Part shown: positions 25,579 to 28,830 of the stretch, one piece after another
Layout of the letters: each line of letters starts with the position of its first letter
Position numbering within the stretch: the stretch's first letter is position 1
Assembly (NCBI GenBank): GCA_015523565.1
Contig: WAKA01000008.1
Coordinates: 1 to 28,830 of the forward strand
Reading direction: 5' to 3'
DNA: 28,830 bases
From: Candidatus Heimdallarchaeota archaeon
Lineage (GTDB): Archaea > Asgardarchaeota > Heimdallarchaeia > Heimdallarchaeales > Kariarchaeaceae
Translations under genes and position numbers: made by a program
The notes under the pieces: model-generated
What the model saw: the letters and a program-made list of their open reading frames with translations, nothing else
Told to the model about the DNA's origin: nothing
Databases searched by the model: none

Positions 25579-26859
25579 ATGCTAGATCCAAAACTGTTAA
25601 GAGAAAATCCTGATTTTGTCAAGGAAAACCTTGCAAAACGACAAAATGATGAATATCTGCAAATGGTGGATGAGTTTCTTGAAGTGGATGATCGTTGGCG
25701 AAAACTCATCAAACAGGTGGAAGAACTAAGAAAAAAACGAAATCAATATGCGAAACAAATTTCCAAATTGAAAGGGGACGAAAAAAAACAATCCGTGCAA
25801 AAGGTTCAAGAGATCAAGCAACAGTTGGAAAGGTTGGAAAAAGATTTGGTTGATGCAGAGACAAAAAGACAATGGCTTCTTGACCGTATTCCTAACCTTT
25901 TGCATGAGACTGTTCCTTTCGGGGAAAGTGATGAAGACAATGTGCCTATCCGCTTTTGGGGAGAGAAGCCTGAATTTTCTTTCGAACCAAAAGATCATCA
26001 TGAACTGCTTGAAATAAATGATCTTGCTGACATTGAAAGGGCCCGTAAAGTTTCTGGCGCTCGTTTTTATTACCTAAAAAATGAAGCTACTCTATTGGAA
26101 TTGGCGCTTGTTCAATATGCCCTCAATATCCTAAAAGAAGAAGGCTTTAATCTGTTTACTCCTCCAACTTTAGTAAGGGAACGCGCTCTTTATGGCACTG
26201 GTTTCCTGCCTACAGGAAAAGAAGACATTTACAAAATCGAAGGGGAAGACCTAAACCTAATTGGGACAAGTGAAGTGGCTCTTGGTGCCTTTCATATGGA
26301 TGAAACTCTTTTGGAGGAACAACTGCCCCTAAACTATTGTGGCATATCCAGTTGTTTTAGAACTGAAGCATCCGCAACAACAAAGGATGATAAAGGCATA
26401 TTTCGGGTACATGAGTTCAAGAAGGTTGAAATGTTCAAGTTCGTTCATCCTGAAAAGTCTTGGGATGAGCAGGAAGAAATGATCCGAATTGCAGAGAAGG
26501 TATTTCAAGGTCTAGGACTTCACTATAGGGTAGTCAATATTTGTACTGGTGATATTGGCGCAGTGGCTGCAAGAAAATATGATATTGAAGTATGGATGCC
26601 TGGACAGGGAAGATACAGGGAAGTCGTATCATGCTCCAATTGTACTGATTATCAAGCACGTCGTTTGAATGTAAAATATAGGGAAAAAGAAGGTATGCCA
26701 CCAAAAGGTTTTGTCCATACTCTAAATTCAACGGCAATTGCAACAACCCGTGCAATAGTTGCCATTCTTGAGAACTATCAACAGCCTGATGGGTCTATAC
26801 TTATTCCAGAAAAACTACAGAAATACACTGGATTTGACAAAATTAGTCCTAAACATTAA
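25579..26859 (+). CDS. serS: Serine--tRNA ligase (standard type)
   Basis: MLD...LR, N-terminal coiled coil, IPN, SGARFYYL, GTSE, CFRTEA, GIFRVHEF.KVE, KYDIE.W.P, EVVSCSNCTDYQARRL, HTLNST and ILEN.Q. Confidence 0.97.
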   Translation: MLDPKLLRENPDFVKENLAKRQNDEYLQMVDEFLEVDDRWRKLIKQVEELRKKRNQYAKQISKLKGDEKKQSVQKVQEIKQQLERLEKDLVDAETKRQWLLDRIPNLLHETVPFGESDEDNVPIRFWGEKPEFSFEPKDHHELLEINDLADIERARKVSGARFYYLKNEATLLELALVQYALNILKEEGFNLFTPPTLVRERALYGTGFLPTGKEDIYKIEGEDLNLIGTSEVALGAFHMDETLLEEQLPLNYCGISSCFRTEASATTKDDKGIFRVHEFKKVEMFKFVHPEKSWDEQEEMIRIAEKVFQGLGLHYRVVNICTGDIGAVAARKYDIEVWMPGQGRYREVVSCSNCTDYQARRLNVKYREKEGMPPKGFVHTLNSTAIATTRAIVAILENYQQPDGSILIPEKLQKYTGFDKISPKH

Positions 26860-28717
26860 ATTTCTTTTTCTTTTTCATTACTATTCCAAAAAGCAACATT
26901 GCAAAAACTGATATCGTTAGATTTACTGTTGCTTGACTTTCTTGTGTATCATTATTGACTACACTATTCACGGCTTCCCCATCCACTTTTGTCGCGGCTA
27001 TCTGTGATGCAACTTCTGTTACACCAGTATCTGTTTTTTCTTTGAGAATTTCAGATAAGATCATTGAAGTAAAGTTTGGAATCAATAGACCATATTTAAT
27101 GCCAATTTCAACAATCTCGCTTTTTATGCTTGGGTCTGGGTCTTCATTGTATATTTTCTGCAATTGGTTTACTTTTTGTAAAGCCCAAAGCAGTTCTGCA
27201 TGTTGATATCCTGTTTCATTCAAAAACGCAACTTCTTCCGAATGGTAGGTGGAATTTCCAATTAGGAAATCTGCAGTCAACCTAATTTTATTTGCCTTGA
27301 ACATTCCTGTAATAATGATTTCTGATCCATTCTGCAAGTCGGCAACTCCTTGTGTCAAATTAATGTTAAGGGTTGAAACGATAATGCCATCAGAAATTCC
27401 AATAACAATCTGCTTGATTTTAGGTATCGTTAACTGACCAAAAAGTCCTACAACAGCATCATTCATGTCTTCATCATTTTCAACAAAGACGTAGACCCCA
27501 CTATTGTCTGATGCGATATTTTCCAATAATTCTTGATCTGCTCCAGAACCGATTGCTATTGTAGATATCTGTACATTCAATGTATTTGTCTCTTTTACAT
27601 GTTCCCTGATAACACTTGAATTTGTTGACGTTCCTGCTGTTGCTTGTCCATCTGAAATGAAGATTAGAAGTTTCTCTCCTTGAGATGGGTAAAACAGGTT
27701 TAAAGATTCTGTAAATGCTCCATAAATATTTGTGGAACCACCAGCACTCAATGAAGTAATGAACTCACTTGCGCTTTGCTTGTTATCTTCAGTTGCTGGA
27801 CGAACCTCATCCCACATGGTATCGACATTTGAATTAAAGATGACTATGTTGAACTCATCATTTGGAGATAAGACTTCAATAATGTTCAACAAGGCATTTT
27901 TCGCTTGGCTTATTCTGGTACCTGCCATAGATCCAGAAACGTCGAGTGTAAAGATTATTTGGCGTGACATGTTTGCTGACTGTACCTCGACCTTTGGAGC
28001 CAAAAAGAAGGCAAAATAACCAACTGATCCATTTGAATAGGAAATTAAGGATGTTCCAACGTCATAATCATTTGTGACATAGATAAGTTTTGCATATGAA
28101 TCTAAGCCCATTATGAATTTATTCACTTTTATGTGATAACCACCATCAATTATGTCAAAAATGCCGCCTTGAATTCCGTCCATCTTTACTGCAATAATTT
28201 CTGAAAGGTGGGAAATCACCTTCAAGTCAACAGATAATTCTATTCCTGAAACGTACTCTGGTGCACTTGGTGTAAACTTAAAAGAATACTGTCCAAATGA
28301 TCGTTGCAATGACCCTTCCATAAATAATTTCACATTCAGTTTCTCATTTACGGGATTATTTATTTTCAACAGGATTGCTGATTGCTGAAATTCAATAAGC
28401 ATTCCTATTCTTTTTTGGGTAACTGTTTCATTGTAAATTTCCTGTGCTTCCTTTGCCTCAACTACTTTGCCCCATAATGTCACGTTTGAATTGTAAAGTG
28501 TTGCATTGCTCAAAAACAATCCTTTCTGTCTTGGGAGGTAAAAATCAAAATCTTCAGTATTAGGGTCTATTGCAAGAGAATAGGTAATATTTACATAATT
28601 GTCAACTATTGACCCTTCTACACTGACAGAAAGTAATGGTGCCGCATTTGGCATGTTCGGGAAATATCCTGATAATAACAAAATTATCCATAATATGGTT
28701 AACTTTTCCTTTTTCAT
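26849..28717 (-). CDS. Secreted VIT + VWA domain protein (inter-alpha-trypsin inhibitor heavy-chain-like architecture) with C-terminal anchor
   Basis: Signal peptide, VIT-like F.LP...F.S...GKV.E..EA..IY, GYFAFFLAP, an intact MIDAS (DVSGSM, GGSTN, SDG), LWA...FTSMIL, and a C-terminal hydrophobic helix plus KKKKK. Confidence 0.87.
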   Translation of the reverse strand: MKKEKLTILWIILLLSGYFPNMPNAAPLLSVSVEGSIVDNYVNITYSLAIDPNTEDFDFYLPRQKGLFLSNATLYNSNVTLWGKVVEAKEAQEIYNETVTQKRIGMLIEFQQSAILLKINNPVNEKLNVKLFMEGSLQRSFGQYSFKFTPSAPEYVSGIELSVDLKVISHLSEIIAVKMDGIQGGIFDIIDGGYHIKVNKFIMGLDSYAKLIYVTNDYDVGTSLISYSNGSVGYFAFFLAPKVEVQSANMSRQIIFTLDVSGSMAGTRISQAKNALLNIIEVLSPNDEFNIVIFNSNVDTMWDEVRPATEDNKQSASEFITSLSAGGSTNIYGAFTESLNLFYPSQGEKLLIFISDGQATAGTSTNSSVIREHVKETNTLNVQISTIAIGSGADQELLENIASDNSGVYVFVENDEDMNDAVVGLFGQLTIPKIKQIVIGISDGIIVSTLNINLTQGVADLQNGSEIIITGMFKANKIRLTADFLIGNSTYHSEEVAFLNETGYQHAELLWALQKVNQLQKIYNEDPDPSIKSEIVEIGIKYGLLIPNFTSMILSEILKEKTDTGVTEVASQIAATKVDGEAVNSVVNNDTQESQATVNLTISVFAMLLFGIVMKKKKKFNV

Positions 28718-28755
28718 ACTAATTTATATTTTTGTAAAAACTCTAATAATACAGT

Positions 28756-28774
28756 AGGGTGAAAATTTCACCCT
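28756..28774. promoter_or_regulatory. Perfect 9-bp inverted repeat AGGGTGAAA-A-TTTCACCCT (candidate operator)
   Basis: Read directly from the sequence. Its near edge is 39 nt upstream of the VIT-VWA start, in intergenic DNA. Confidence 0.6.
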
Positions 28775-28830
28775 GATAAGAATTAATTCTTATTCTAGAA
28801 AAAGTTGAATGACAACAGAAAAATATAATA

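Noticed and set aside
1-28830. tRNA, rRNA, IS elements, integrases, prophage
   Set aside because: Intergenic gaps are short and AT-rich with no cloverleaf, and no transposase, integrase or capsid motifs were recognised.

Overview
AT-rich, gene-dense archaeal chromosomal segment with 24 supportable CDSs. I see no rRNA, tRNA, CRISPR array or mobile element. Archaeal origin rests on TiaS, a Bud32-type kinase, a geranylgeranyl reductase and TATA-like boxes about 22-36 nt upstream of many starts. An Asgard (Heimdallarchaeia-like) source is an inference from a multi-winged-helix/RING protein, a PIG-B/Alg9-type mannosyltransferase and several large surface proteins with C-terminal anchors. Housekeeping genes: bud32 (5'-truncated), tiaS, pdxS/pdxT, an rdgB/HAM1-type pyrophosphatase and serS. 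Lipid-related genes: a GGR, an NTP transferase, a PAP2 phosphatase and a short FakA-like DAK2 protein. There is also a DUF4129/MoxR/DUF58 operon. Main leads: (1) a GPI-mannosyltransferase-like GT22 enzyme abutting secreted proteins that share a non-PGF C-terminal anchor, one of them with about 33 N-glycosylation sequons, suggesting a candidate surface glycosylation/anchoring system; (2) a protein with 8 winged-helix repeats, a Zn ribbon and a RING finger (candidate E3 ligase scaffold); (3) a catalytically degenerate beta-class methyltransferase fold with Arg-rich patches and a long acidic tail. All family calls come from motif recognition by eye; no searches were run.
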